A stretch of 64,000 nucleotides of DNA from Eledone cirrhosa (lineage: Eukaryota). The DNA is taken from assembly GCA_964016885.1 (NCBI GenBank), contig OZ024740.1:387004001-387068000 (forward strand). Direction: 5' to 3'. The notes below the pieces were generated by a model that saw nothing but the letters and a program-made list of their open reading frames with translations, was not told the DNA's origin and did not search any database. The translations under genes and the position numbers were made by a program. The first letter of the stretch is position 1. Every line of letters begins with the position of its first letter. Of this stretch, positions 27,301 through 42,400 are shown one piece after another.

Positions 27301-30300
27301 TACTTTACAACCACTATTAAACCCATACAGTATACTTTACAACCACTATTAAACCCATACAATATACTTTACAACCATTATTAAACCCATACAATATACT
27401 TTACAACCACTATTAAACCCATACAGTATACTTTACAACCACTATTAAACCCATACAGTATACTTTACAACCACTATTAAACCCATACAATATACTTTAC
27501 AACCATTATTAAACCCATACAATATACTTTACAACCACTATTAAACCCATACAGAATACTTTACAACCACTATTAAACCCATACAGTATACTTTACAACC
27601 ACTATTAAACCCATACAATATACTTTACAACCACTATTAAACCCATACAATATACTTTAGAACCACTATTAAACCCATACAGTATACTTTACAACCACTA
27701 TTAAACCCATACAGTATACTTTACAACCACTATTAAACCCATACAGTATACTTTACAACCACTATTAAACCCATACAATATACTTTACAACCATTATTAA
27801 ACCCATACAATATACTTTACAACCACTATTAAACCCATACAGTATACTTTACAACCACTATTAAACCCATACAGTATACTTTACAACCACTATTAAACCC
27901 ATACAATATACTTTACAACCACTATTAAACCCATACAATATACTTTACAACCACTATTAAACCCATACAATATACTTTACAACCACTATTAAACCCATAC
28001 AATATACTTTACAACCACTATTAAACCCATACAATATACTTTAGAACCACTATTAAACCCATACAGTATACTTTACAACCACTATTAAACCCATACAATA
28101 TACTTTACAACCACTATTAAACCCATACAATATACTTTAGAACCACTGTTAAACCCATACAGTATACTTTACAACCACTATTAAACCCATACAGTATACT
28201 TTACAACCACTATTAAACCCATACAATATACTTTACAACCATTATTAAACCCATACAATATACTTTACAACCACTATTAAACCCATACAGTACACTTTAC
28301 AACCACTATTAAACCCATACAGTATACTTTACAACCACTATTAAACCCATACAATATACTTTACAACCACTATTAAACCCATACAATATACTTTACAACC
28401 ACTATTAAACCCATACAATATACTTTAGAACCACTATTAAACCCATACAGTATACTTTACAACCACTATTAAACCCATACAGTATACTTTACAATCACTA
28501 TTAAACCCATACAGTATACTTTACAACCACTATTAAACCCATACAATATACTTTACAACCACTATTAAACCCATACAGTATACTTTACAACCACTATTAA
28601 ACCCATACAATATACTTTACAACCACTATTAAACCCATACAGTATACTTTACAACCATTATTAAACCCATACAATATACTTTACAACCACTATTAAACCC
28701 ATACAGTATACTTTACAACCACTATTAAACCCATACAATATACTTTACAACCACTATTAAACCCATACAATATACTTTACAACCACTATTAAACCCATAC
28801 AGTATACTTTACAACCACTATTAAACCCATACAATATACTTTACAACCACTATTAAACCCATACAGTATACTTTACAACCATTATTAAACCCATACAATA
28901 TACTTTACAACCACTATTAAACCCATACAATATACTTTACAACCACTATTAAACCCATACAGTATACTTTACAACCACTATTAAACCCATACAGTATACT
29001 TTACAACCACTATTAAACCCATACAGTATACTTTACAACCACTATTAAACCCATACAGTATACTTTACAACCACTATTAAACCCATACAATATACTTTAC
29101 AACCACTATTAAACCCATACAATATACTTTACAACCACTATTAAACCCATACAGTATACTTTACAACCACTATTAAACCCATACAATATACTTTACAACC
29201 ACTATTAAACCCATACAATATACTTTACAACCACTATTAAACCCATACAATATACTTTACAACCACTATTAAACCCATACAATATACTTTACAACCACTA
29301 TTAAACCCATACAATATACTTTAGAACCACTATTAAACCCATACAGTATACTTTACAACCACTATTAAACCCATACAATATACTTTACAACCACTATTAA
29401 ACCCATACAATATACTTTAGAACCACTGTTAAACCCATACAGTATACTTTACAACCACTATTAAACCCATACAGTATACTTTACAACCACTATTAAACCC
29501 ATACAATATACTTTACAACCATTATTAAACCCATACAATATACTTTACAACCACTATTAAACCCATACAGTACACTTTACAACCACTATTAAACCCATAC
29601 AGTATACTTTACAACCACTATTAAACCCATACAATATACTTTACAACCACTATTAAACCCATACAATATACTTTACAACCACTATTAAACCCATACAATA
29701 TACTTTAGAACCACTATTAAACCCATACAGTATACTTTACAACCACTATTAAACCCATACAGTATACTTTACAATCACTATTAAACCCATACAGTATACT
29801 TTACAACCACTATTAAACCCATACAATATACTTTACAACCACTATTAAACCCATACAGTATACTTTACAACCACTATTAAACCCATACAATATACTTTAC
29901 AACCACTATTAAACCCATACAGTATACTTTACAACCATTATTAAACCCATACAATATACTTTACAACCACTATTAAACCCATACAGTATACTTTACAACC
30001 ACTATTAAACCCATACAATATACTTTACAACCACTATTAAACCCATACAATATACTTTACAACCACTATTAAACCCATACAGTATACTTTACAACCACTA
30101 TTAAACCCATACAATATACTTTACAACCACTATTAAACCCATACAGTATACTTTACAACCATTATTAAACCCATACAATATACTTTACAACCACTATTAA
30201 ACCCATACAATATACTTTACAACCACTATTAAACCCATACAGTATACTTTACAACCACTATTAAACCCATACAGTATACTTTACAACCACTATTAAACCC

Positions 30301-30610
30301 ATACAGTATACTTTACAACCACTATTAAACCCATACAGTATACTTTACAACCACTATTAAACCCATACAATATACTTTACAACCACTATTAAACCCATAC
30401 AATATACTTTACAACCACTATTAAACCCATACAGTATACTTTACAACCACTATTAAACCCATACAATATACTTTACAACCACTATTAAACCCATACAGTA
30501 TACTTTACAACCACTATTAAACCCATACACTATACTTTACAACCACTATTAAACCCATACAGTATACTTTACAACCATTATTAAACCCATACCGTATACT
30601 TTACAACCAT
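24340..30610. repeat. 32-bp minisatellite, consensus AAACCCATACA(A/G)TATACTTTACAACCA(C/T)TATT, roughly 190 units
   Basis: Exact 32-bp period (same phase at 24361 and 24841 = 15 x 32), no spacers, interrupted by a SINE at ~25595. Confidence 0.98.
25595..25780 (+). mobile_element. Young OK-like tRNA-derived SINE inserted in the minisatellite
   Basis: tggcagtatcggtag (A-box-like), gagttcaaatcccgccgagg (B-box), gactttgcctttcatcc...aagtaccagt...ggccttgtgcc; the array resumes immediately afterwards. Confidence 0.9.
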
Positions 30611-30611
30611 T

Positions 30612-30790
30612 TGTGAATTGGCAGTATCGGTAGAGGGTTGGACGCCATGCTTCCTAGCATAGTTACAGTCTGAGTTCAAATCCCGCCGAGGTTAACTTTG
30701 CCTTTCATCCTTACGGGGTCGATAAAATAAAGTACCAGTAATGTACTGAGTAATTGCTGGCCTTGTGCCTAAAGTAGAAACAATTATTAT
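30612..30790 (+). mobile_element. Young OK-like SINE terminating the minisatellite
   Basis: Near-identical to the 25595 copy, with an (ATT)n tail. Confidence 0.9.
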
Positions 30791-31884
30791 TTATATTTTA
30801 CTATACAAAGTCATAAATTCAATGGAGAAGAAAACGGTATTTTGTGGTATTAATACTATTTCCATAAAATCACTGGACTCAATCATGGATTGAAAGCAAG
30901 CTTGCCAAAAGTTTTAAGTTGCTCTGCACCATTCATGATTTCTCAATCAGGCAAAAAAATCTATTGTTGAAGACAACAGATCTTATCAAGCACAATGCCT
31001 TTCATAAGAATTGAAGGGTAAAAGGTGAGAATGCAGAAGGATGAAACGAAGTACGACACAATACAATGTTAATTTCTAATATTAGAACAAAACCACTACA
31101 TTTGATACTGTAAGGCATTTTGTCAGACCCTCCAACAATTCTGTCAATCCACATTAATACTGATTTTTAATTTAGGCACCAAGGTAGCAAATACTTGACT
31201 GGTATTTTATTTTTCCATCCTGAAAGGATAAAAGTTGACCTTGAAGGGACTTGAATTCAGAATGTAAAGAGCCAGAACAAATACCAATCCACCATCTTTC
31301 ACTCCACATTAACATTAAAAGAACAATGGGGGCAATGGATAATCAGAGTAGAAGCATTAGAACATATAACTAAATTCTACAAGACATTTTGTTCTATCTC
31401 TTTACATTCTGAGATCAAATGAAATAAAGTACCAGTTAAGTATTAGTCCATCAATTCAAGTATACTCTTTCAAAGCATTATCAAAACAGTAGAGTTATAA
31501 ATTAAATACCATCTAGTATGTCACTTCATCCTTCTACCTACTGAAACAAAATCCAGCTAGCGTCAACTTTGGCTTTCATCATTTTGGGGTTCATAAAATA
31601 AGTACCAGTTATCTCCTGGATTTACATTTAATCAACAAAATATGAAACCTTTTGTTTAAGCAACATAATGACTATATACATAGTCAATTTTTGTAAGAAA
31701 GGGGATTATAGTTGTCAGACAGTGGGATGGAGCCCAAGACTATATGGTTCTAAAGTGAATGTCTTAATATAGTCATGCCTGTGATTATTCCAATTTATGG
31801 CTGCTACGTATTTTGTTAGTGAAATAAAATAATGAATTTTAAGCCGATACTCAACAGTTTCTGATAACTCACCATTATATCTAT

Positions 31885-32078
31885 GGGCGGTGAATTGGCA
31901 GAATCAGTAGAGGGTCGGACGACATGCTTTGCAGCATAGAGTTATGGTCCTTTATGATGTGAGTTCAAATCCCGCCGAGGTTAGCTTTGCCTTTCATCCT
32001 TACTGGGTTGATAAAATAAAGTACTAGTAATACACTGGGATAATTGCTGGCCTTGTGCCAAAAGTAGAAACAATTATA
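31885..32078 (+). mobile_element. Full-length OK-like SINE
   Basis: gggcggtgaattggcagaatc...gagttcaaatcccgccgagg...aaagtagaaacaatt. Confidence 0.9.
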
Positions 32079-32839
32079 TTTATGTCCGAGACCAACATTA
32101 AAAAACAAAAATAATACACAGAACCGATGAGGTGGTCACAGTTGGAATATCTTTAATCAAAGATATGCTCATTCAATGTACATCTCGACTAAACAATATC
32201 AACAATAATAATAATTGTTTCAGATTTAGGCACAGGGCCAGCAATTTTTGGTGGAAGAGAAAGCCAATTAAATTGACCCCGATGCAATAACGGTGCTTTA
32301 TTTCATGACCAGTAAGGATGAAAGGCAAAGCTAACCTCAGCTTTGCCTTTATAATATAACTGATGTCAACAGTATGATAAAAATACCATGTTAAAAACCT
32401 TTCAGCTTAGAATTACCAAAAGGCAACAGCTGTAATTATTTTATACTAGGGGGGGGGGGGGGGGTAAAGATAGTGGTAATGTTGATGTTGGTGATGATAG
32501 TGATGTGGGGATGGTGAAGCTCCTTATCAATGCCTATCCTATGTTTTGATAGCTTCTCCAATATGAGTTATTTTTCTAGTGTGTTAAACAGCTGCTTTCT
32601 GTTTAAGCTAATATTGGTTGTTATCCATTATATACTTACATATATTCAATGAAACTAGTGGGTAACATATACTGCCAAAAATAACTAAAATAAAAACAAA
32701 ATGGATATGTTAATGTGTCATGAGGAAAGGAAATAGCTAAAAGTTCACCAACAATTTTTACATTTTCAGAATGAAGAGCTATGTTTAAAATGTACGATGT
32801 CTGTCGAAAAAATATCCGACATTAGGCTGAGAAAAGATT

Positions 32840-33330
32840 ATGTAATGGGTCAGGTTTAATTGCTAATCCCCTTTGGTGTAAGTTCTTTGTTCTTCCACAC
32901 ACTTAGCACAGTAATCCTTCTACTGTTCAAAGCATGTCTTCAATGCTGCTTTCAGAATGGCTCTCAGCCCCACCATGACAATTTGCATGATGTAGTCACA
33001 GCTCTCAAAGTACGAGTCTTTCAGTGGCATTTTAATTTTTGAAAACAATCAGAAGTCAGAAGAAGCCATGTCTGGATAATAGGGAGCTTAGCAAATGAGC
33101 AAAATATCAAGAAATCTTAGATTAGCTGTGATGAATGAGCCAGGGTGTTCCCATGATGCAGCTGCCAGTTTTATAAGTCTCATAGATACATTCTCTTGCA
33201 TGAAACTGCATCATAAAGACACCCGAGTTCCTGATTGCACTCCTTTATAACTATGTCCTTTTGGTATGTATTTGTGATGCACAATGCCTTAGAAAATAGT
33301 CAGCATCACCTTGATTTTGATCCACACATG
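32840..33330 (-). mobile_element. Decayed mariner-type transposase remnant
   Basis: Sequence such as tttcagtggcattttaatttttgaaaacaatcagaagtcagaagaagccatgtctggataataggg resembles the antisense of mariner transposase N-terminal coding regions; recognition only, no intact ORF. Confidence 0.4.
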
Positions 33331-33804
33331 ATGTGCTTTTGGGGGAGCCTTGGCGACGTTAGATGCTTCGACCTTGACTGAATTTTAGTTTCTGGGTGGT
33401 GCCAATTTTGGTTTCTGGGTCTTTTCTCCAATTATCATGGTATTCAAGAACTCAAGATCTTTATTGGCAGTATTGGGTGAAATGAAAATGCGATTAGTAA
33501 ATAGTACAAGACCTAACAGTAACTGATGCATAAAATGTCCATGCATGTTCATGCTGATATGCAGATCCACACTACACACTTTTGTCGTCTTTACACCATT
33601 ACTTCCCACAGGAAAAAAATATAGTCAGATAGTTTTTCATCAGACTTGGTAAATATTTCATCCTATCACAACCCACTACAACTTTTGTATAGTGATGATG
33701 AAGCAGAAGGAGAAAGAAACAATTTCTGTTGTACAAGTTATGTAGATTATTGTATATCTATTTCATTGCATTTATATTTAAAACAAATATGCAGATATTG
33801 CCAG

Positions 33805-35052
33805 ATATATACATGCATACATATACATACATATACATGCATACATACATATACATACATACATATACATACATACATATACAAATATATATACATATAT
33901 ATACATATACACATATATACATATACCCATATATATACATATATATACATATACACATATATACATATACACATATATATACATATACATATATACACAT
34001 ATATATACATATATACACATATACGCATATATATACATATACGCACATATATACATATACGCACATATACGCATATACATACATATACGCATATACATAC
34101 ATATACATACATATACGCATATATATACATATACGCATATACATACATATACATACATATACGCATATATATACATATACGCATATACATACATATACAT
34201 ACATATACGCATATATATACATATACGCATATACATACATATACGCATATATATACATATACGCATATACATACATATACGCATATACATACATATACGC
34301 ATATACATACATATACGCATATATATACATATACGCATATACATACATATACGCATATATATACATATACACATACATATACACATACATATACGCATAT
34401 ATATACATATACACATACATATACGCATATATATACATATACACATATACATATACACATACATATACACATACATATACGCATATATATACATATACAC
34501 ATACATATACACATACACATACACACATATATACATATACACACATATATATACATATACACACATATATATACATATACACACATATATATACATAGAT
34601 ATATATATACATATATACATATACACATATATATACACATATATATACATATACACATATATACACATATACACATATATACATATAGATATATATACAT
34701 ATAGATATATATACATATAGATATATATACATATACACATATATACATATAGATATATATACATATACATATATACATATAGATATATATACATATACAT
34801 ATATACATATACACATATACACATATATATACATATAGATATATATACATATATATACATATATACATATACACATATACACATATATATACATATAGAT
34901 ATATATACATATACATATATACATATATACATATACACATATACACATATACACATATATATATACATATAGATATATATACATATATACATATATATAC
35001 ATATATACATATATATACATATATACATATACATACATATATACATATACAT
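33805..35052. repeat. (TA/CA)n compound microsatellite with CGCA and AGAT variant sub-domains
   Basis: Direct inspection. Confidence 0.97.
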
Positions 35053-35665
35053 ATGGTGGCTGCAAACTCGTTTTCGAGTATGGCCACTACTTTATATCCA
35101 TGTAAGAGAACCCCTACCGATGCGCTGAACGAGTGTGACTTTTTAGTCCAGCCAGCGACTTGAAAACTCTGGTACAAACACTACACTTGTGACAATTATT
35201 GACACATAGTGCTGGGCCCATGGTACCATGTGACGACAAGTGCAGAGAGATCTACAGATATAAAGCAATGCCTGTGCCGTGAAGCTTTTATAGTGAGCAA
35301 AGGCACTGCACAAAGCCAGTCCCACTCTCTTAACCAAGATGATATTTACCAAAAAGAAGGACAAGTCAACATCATTGGATACCATCAGGGTTGCAGGTGT
35401 TATATCAGAGTTTTCCTTCTCCTAGAATTCTGCCTTGACAAAGGCTAAGGGGGTCATCTCTCCCGGTGATTTTGGATGGCCATTGACGCTTAGGAGGTCC
35501 TTTTCCCTTTGACAGGTTTTGTTTTTAGTCCTGCAGGATGTCCAAAGTCACCCTCCTCACCAAGAAACCTTGGTGGGGTTGCCAGTTTAGTCGCCAACGA
35601 CCTGACCATGAGACAGGTTGTACTGGGATACATGTTACCAGTAGCACCAACTGGTGACCTGACAT
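35053..35665 (-). mobile_element. ~610-bp non-coding element between TA tracts; resembles a LINE (RTE-type) 5'-UTR-derived non-autonomous repeat
   Basis: Sharp borders with the TA tracts, higher GC, no credible ORF. The minus strand carries tagcctttgtcaaggcagaattctaggagaaggaaaactctga, a motif type I recognise from RTE-like 5' UTRs. Confidence 0.45.
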
Positions 35666-36198
35666 AATATACATATACATGTATACATACACATACACAC
35701 ATATACACACATACACATATACATATATACACATATATATATACATACACACATACATATATATATACATACACACATACATATATATATATATACACAT
35801 ATACATATATATATACATACACACATACATATATATATACATACACACATACATATACATACACACATACATATATATATACATACACACATACATATAT
35901 ATATACATACACACATACATATATATATATACACACATATACATATATATATACATACACACATACATATATATATACATACACACATACATATATATAT
36001 ACATACACACATACATATATATATATACACATATACATATATATATACATACACACATACATATATATATACATACACACATACATATATATATACATAC
36101 ACACATACATATATATATATACACACATACATACACATATATATACATACATATATATACATATACATATACATATATATATATATACATATATATAC

Positions 36199-36245
<47 letters not shown>

Positions 36246-36298
36246 CATATACATATACATATATATATATATACATATACATATATATATACATATAC

Positions 36299-36329
<31 letters not shown>

Positions 36330-36348
36330 CATATATATATACATATAC

Positions 36349-36411
<63 letters not shown>

Positions 36412-36460
36412 CATATACATATATATACATATATATATATATACATATACATATATATAC

Positions 36461-36491
<31 letters not shown>

Positions 36492-36508
36492 CATATACAT
36501 ATATATAC

Positions 36509-36571
<63 letters not shown>

Positions 36572-36708
36572 CATATACATATATATACATATACATATAT
36601 ATACATATATATACATATACATATATATACATATATATATATACATATATATATATATACATATATACATATATATATATATACATATATACATATATAT
36701 ACATATAC

Positions 36709-36740
<32 letters not shown>

Positions 36741-37032
36741 ATATATACATATACATATATATATACATATACATATATATATATATACATATACATATAT
36801 ATATATATACATATACATATACATACATATACATATATATATATATACATATATATACATATATATACATATACATATATATACATATATATACATATAT
36901 ATACATATATATACATATACATATATATACATATATATACATATATATACATATATATACATACATATATATACATATATATACATATATATACATATAT
37001 ATATATATATACATATATATACATATATATAC

Positions 37033-37079
<47 letters not shown>

Positions 37080-37336
37080 CATATATATACATATATATAC
37101 ATATATATATATATACATATATACATATATATACATATATATACATATATATATATATACATATATACATATATATATACATATATATACATATACATAT
37201 ATACATATATACATATATATATACATATATATACATATACATATATATATATATATATATACATATATATACATATACATATATATATATATATATATAC
37301 ATATATATACATATACATATACACATATATATATAC

Positions 37337-37371
<35 letters not shown>

Positions 37372-37992
37372 CATATATACATATATATACATATATATAT
37401 ATATATACATATATACATATATATACATATATATATATATATACATATATACATATATATATACATACATATATACATATATATATACATATATATATAC
37501 ATATATATATACATATATATATACATATATATATACATATATATATACATATATATATATATATACATATACATATACATATATATATACATATATATAT
37601 ACATATATATATATATACATATATATATACATATATATATATATATACATATATATACATATATATATATATATACATATATATACATATATATATATAT
37701 ACATATATATACATATATATATATACATATATATACATATATATATACATATATATATATATACATATATATACATATATATATACATATATATATATAC
37801 ATATACATATATATACATATATACACATATATACACATATATATATATACATATATATATACATATATACATATATATATACATATATATATATACATAT
37901 ATATATATACATATATATATATACATATATATATATACATATATATATATACATATATATATATACATATATATATACATATATATATATAC

Positions 37993-38043
<51 letters not shown>

Positions 38044-38054
38044 CATATATATAC

Positions 38055-38088
<34 letters not shown>

Positions 38089-38820
38089 ATATACATATAC
38101 ACATACATATATATATACATATACACATATACATATACACATATACATATACACATATATATACATACATATATATATACATATATATATACATATATAT
38201 ATATATATACATATATATATACATATATATATATATACATATATACATATACACATATATATACATATATATATACATATATATATATATACATATACAC
38301 ATATATACATATATATATACACATATATACATATACACATATATACATATACATATATATACATATATACATATATATATATACACATATATACATATAC
38401 ACATATATACATATACATATACACATATATACATATACATCTATATATATCTATATACATATATATCTATATACATATATATCTATATATATCTATATAT
38501 ATATATATATATCTATATATATATATATACATATATATCTATATATCTATATATATACATATATATACATATCTATACATATCTATATATATATATATAC
38601 ATATATATCTATATATATACATATATATACATATATATATACATATATATACATATACATATACATACATATATATATATATATACATATATATCTATAT
38701 ATATACATATATATACATATATATATACATATATATACATATACATATACATATACATATATATACATATACATATACATACATATATATATATATACAT
38801 ATACATATACATATACATAC

Positions 38821-38853
<33 letters not shown>

Positions 38854-39427
38854 CATATATATACACATACATATATATATATATACATATATATACACAT
38901 ACATATATATATATATACATATATATACATATACATATATATACATATATATACATATACATACATATACATATATATACATATACATATACATATATAT
39001 ACATATACATATATATACATATACATATATATACATATACATATATATACATATACATATATATACATATATATACATATATATACATATACATATATAT
39101 ACATATACATATATATACATATATATACATATACATATATATACATATATATACATATACATATATATACATATACATATATATACATATACATATACAT
39201 ATATATACATATATATATACATATATATACATATATATACATATATATACATATACATATATATACATATATATACATATACATATATATACATATACAT
39301 ATATATACATACATATACATATATATACATATACATATATATACATATACATATATATACATATACATATATATACATATATATACATATATATACATAT
39401 ACATATATATACATATACATATATATA
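35666..39427. repeat. (TA/CA)n microsatellite, ~3.8 kb
   Basis: Direct inspection. Confidence 0.97.
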
Positions 39428-42400
39428 CATCATCATCATCATCACCGTTTTACGTCCATTCTTCCACGCTAGCATGGGTTAGACGGGTTGTCCTGTTGTG
39501 GGCAGTGTCTGGTCGGCTGACCATGCCTTGCTCATACAGGAACTGATCTGGCTTGATTTCTACAGCTGGATGCCCTTCCTAACACCAACCTCATTTACAG
39601 TGAGTGCTGGGTGCTTTTTCGTGGCGCCTACACGTCCACTTTACAGTGTGGGCTGGGTGCTTTTTTGCCGTGGCACCTCCACGGCCACCTTGCGGTGGAG
39701 GGGGGGGGGGGCATATTGTTTATATGCTTCAGCATGTACCCATGGGAGGTCGGGTACCCTGTATTACTGCGTGACGCCAGAAGTCACGGTCGTGTGTCAT
39801 TGACTTTGAGAGGTGTAGTTGGGTAAGGTCGGCATTTATCACCTCATCCCAAGTCATCTTGGGTCTCCCCACTCCGCGGTTTCCATCAACTTCTAGTGCT
39901 CTGCACCTTTTTATGCAGCTGTCATCCTTCATACGCATCACATGTCCATACCAGCGTAACCGCCTCTCCTGCACGCAGCATTTGATTCCTCTTATGCTCA
40001 GTCTCTCTCTCAATTCCTTTATGCTTTGTCGTTCACGTATATTACTGTTACACATCCATCGGAGCATGCAGGCTTCGTTTCTCTCTAATCTACGTAAGTC
40101 TTCCACCTTCAGCGCCCAGGTCTCACTACCATGCAACATCGCTGTTCGGATACACGCATCATACAGTCTGCCTTTCATTCTGAGGGAGAAGCCTTTTGCA
40201 GCTAGCAGTGGTAGTAGTTCCCTAAACTTCTTCCATCCCGTTCTTACCCTAGTTATTGTACTTTCTGAGCACCCACCTCCGTTGCTAATTCCGTCACCTA
40301 GGTAGCAGAAGCTGTCTACTGTTTCTACAGGGCCCTCCCAGAGATTGGTGGTACTTGTTTCCTGTGGCTGTTTGCTTGCTGTTTCAGCACAGCTGCTGCA
40401 TGTGAATCCTACATTCTTAATTAAGCTTCCTGAGATCCCGCTACATCTCTTGTGTACCCATTGTTTGCATTTGGGGCAGAGAATGGAGTTTCTACCTACA
40501 CCTTTCCTACATACTGAGCAAGGCCATTTCCCTGAGGGGATCTGGGTTCTGTTTTCTCGTTTACTTACAAGGACCTTAGTCTTTGTCATGTTGACTTTGA
40601 GGCCCTTTCTCTCTAGTCCCTGCTTCCAGGTTTGGAATTTATTCCCTAGTTCTACCATAGATTCAGCTATGAGTGCGAGGTCATCAGCATACAGGAGTTC
40701 CCATGGGCATCCGGTCTTAAACTCCTCCGTTATTGCCTGCAGGACTATGATGAACAGGAGAGGGCTAAGAACAGAGCCCTGGTGGACCCCAACCTGTACG
40801 CTAAATTCCTCGCTATACTCATTGCCAATCCTAACTTTGCTGACTGCTCCCCTATACATGGCTTGTACCGCTTTCACAAGCCATTCATCTACTCCTAGTT
40901 TTCTAAGAGCCCACCAGATTACTGCACGTGGAACTCTGTCAAAGGCTTTCTCAAGGTCGACAAATGCCAAGTAGAGTGGCTTACTTTTAGCTAGGTACTT
41001 TTCCTGTAATTGCCTCACAAGGAAGAGGGCATCAGTGGTGCCTTTCCCTGGTACAAACCCAAATTGCATCTCGTCTATATTCACCCGGTCCCTAATCAGC
41101 TGTGCTATAACTCTTTCTGTTACTTTCATGACCTGGTCCATCAACTTTATACCTCTATAGTTTCCTCTATCTAGTGCATCGCCTTTACCTTTGTAGCAGT
41201 TGACAATGATGCTACTGCACCAATCTTTTGGTATGGCCCCCTCTAGTATTACCTGGTTAACGATACGTGTGGTTATAGTGTGACCTACAGACCCAGATGC
41301 CTTCAGCATCTCGGCAGCTATACCCGATGGACCGGTTGCCTTCCCTATCTTCATATCTCTGATTGCCTTACTTACTACGCTGCCGCTGACTTGTACTGCT
41401 GGTCCCTCTATAGGGTCTACGTGGGGTAGGGTCTCTTCTTCCCATGCATTCTCCTCATTTAGTAATCTATCATAATGACTCTTCCATGCATCTTTCTTCT
41501 CAGCACTTGTGAGGGCAAGCTCACCTTTATCATTCCGGATACACTTCTCTCCAATGACATCACAACTATCTCTGACACACTGCCTCGCAATCTTGAATAC
41601 CTCCTGTTTCTGGTCCTCACGTTGTAAAACATGCTTGAATTTTCTATCCTCTGCTTCCCTCCTAGCTAAGTATACTTGTCGCCTAGCTTCCCTCTTGGTC
41701 TCTATGTAATGTACCCTGCTCCCCCCGTTCTTCCATTCTTTCCATGCCTGTCTCTTGGCCTTGACTGCTTCATCCACCTTATTGTTCCACCACCAAGTCA
41801 CTCTCCTCCTGCTTGAGGTCTTACTCCAGCCACAAACCTCATCCGTCGCCTCTAGTAAGTTATTTTTTAGGAACTCCCAGTTCTCTTCTACGTTAAATGT
41901 GTCTATCTGTTCTTCTTTACTGTCGTAGGCGTTGAGTAAAATATCTTTAAATCTGTTACTGGTTGAGGGGACTTTCAGCTTCCAGATCTTTCTTCTCCAG
42001 GTTGGCCTTTGTTTCAGGGCTCGTCTAGTTCTGACCGTGAGGTCGCTGACAACTAAGCTATGTTGGGATGTACATTCCTCACTAGGGAAGGCTTTTGTGT
42101 TTACGACCGTCCATCTGTCACGTCCTCTGATGAGGATAAAATCTAACTGACTAGAGTGCTCCCCTGATCTATAGGTGATCAGGTGGTTGTCGGGTTTTTT
42201 AAAGTTTGTGTTACATATCGACATGTCATTGGCGTCGCAGAATTCTAGAAGTCTGAATCCTTCCTCATTCCTTGTGCCAACTCCATGGCCTCCATGTACT
42301 CTATTGAAGCCATCGCAGTGTTTACCTACGTGTCCGTTAAAATCTCCTGCAATAATTAGGAAGTCCTTGTCGTCTGTTAGAGCAGTAGTGTGTATTAGGG

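Noticed and set aside
24340-30610. CRISPR-like array (32-bp repeats)
   Set aside because: The units are head-to-tail with no unique spacers, there are no cas genes, and the context is eukaryotic. It is a minisatellite.
25595-32078. tRNA genes
   Set aside because: The A/B-box-like motifs belong to multi-copy SINE heads; no complete cloverleaf.
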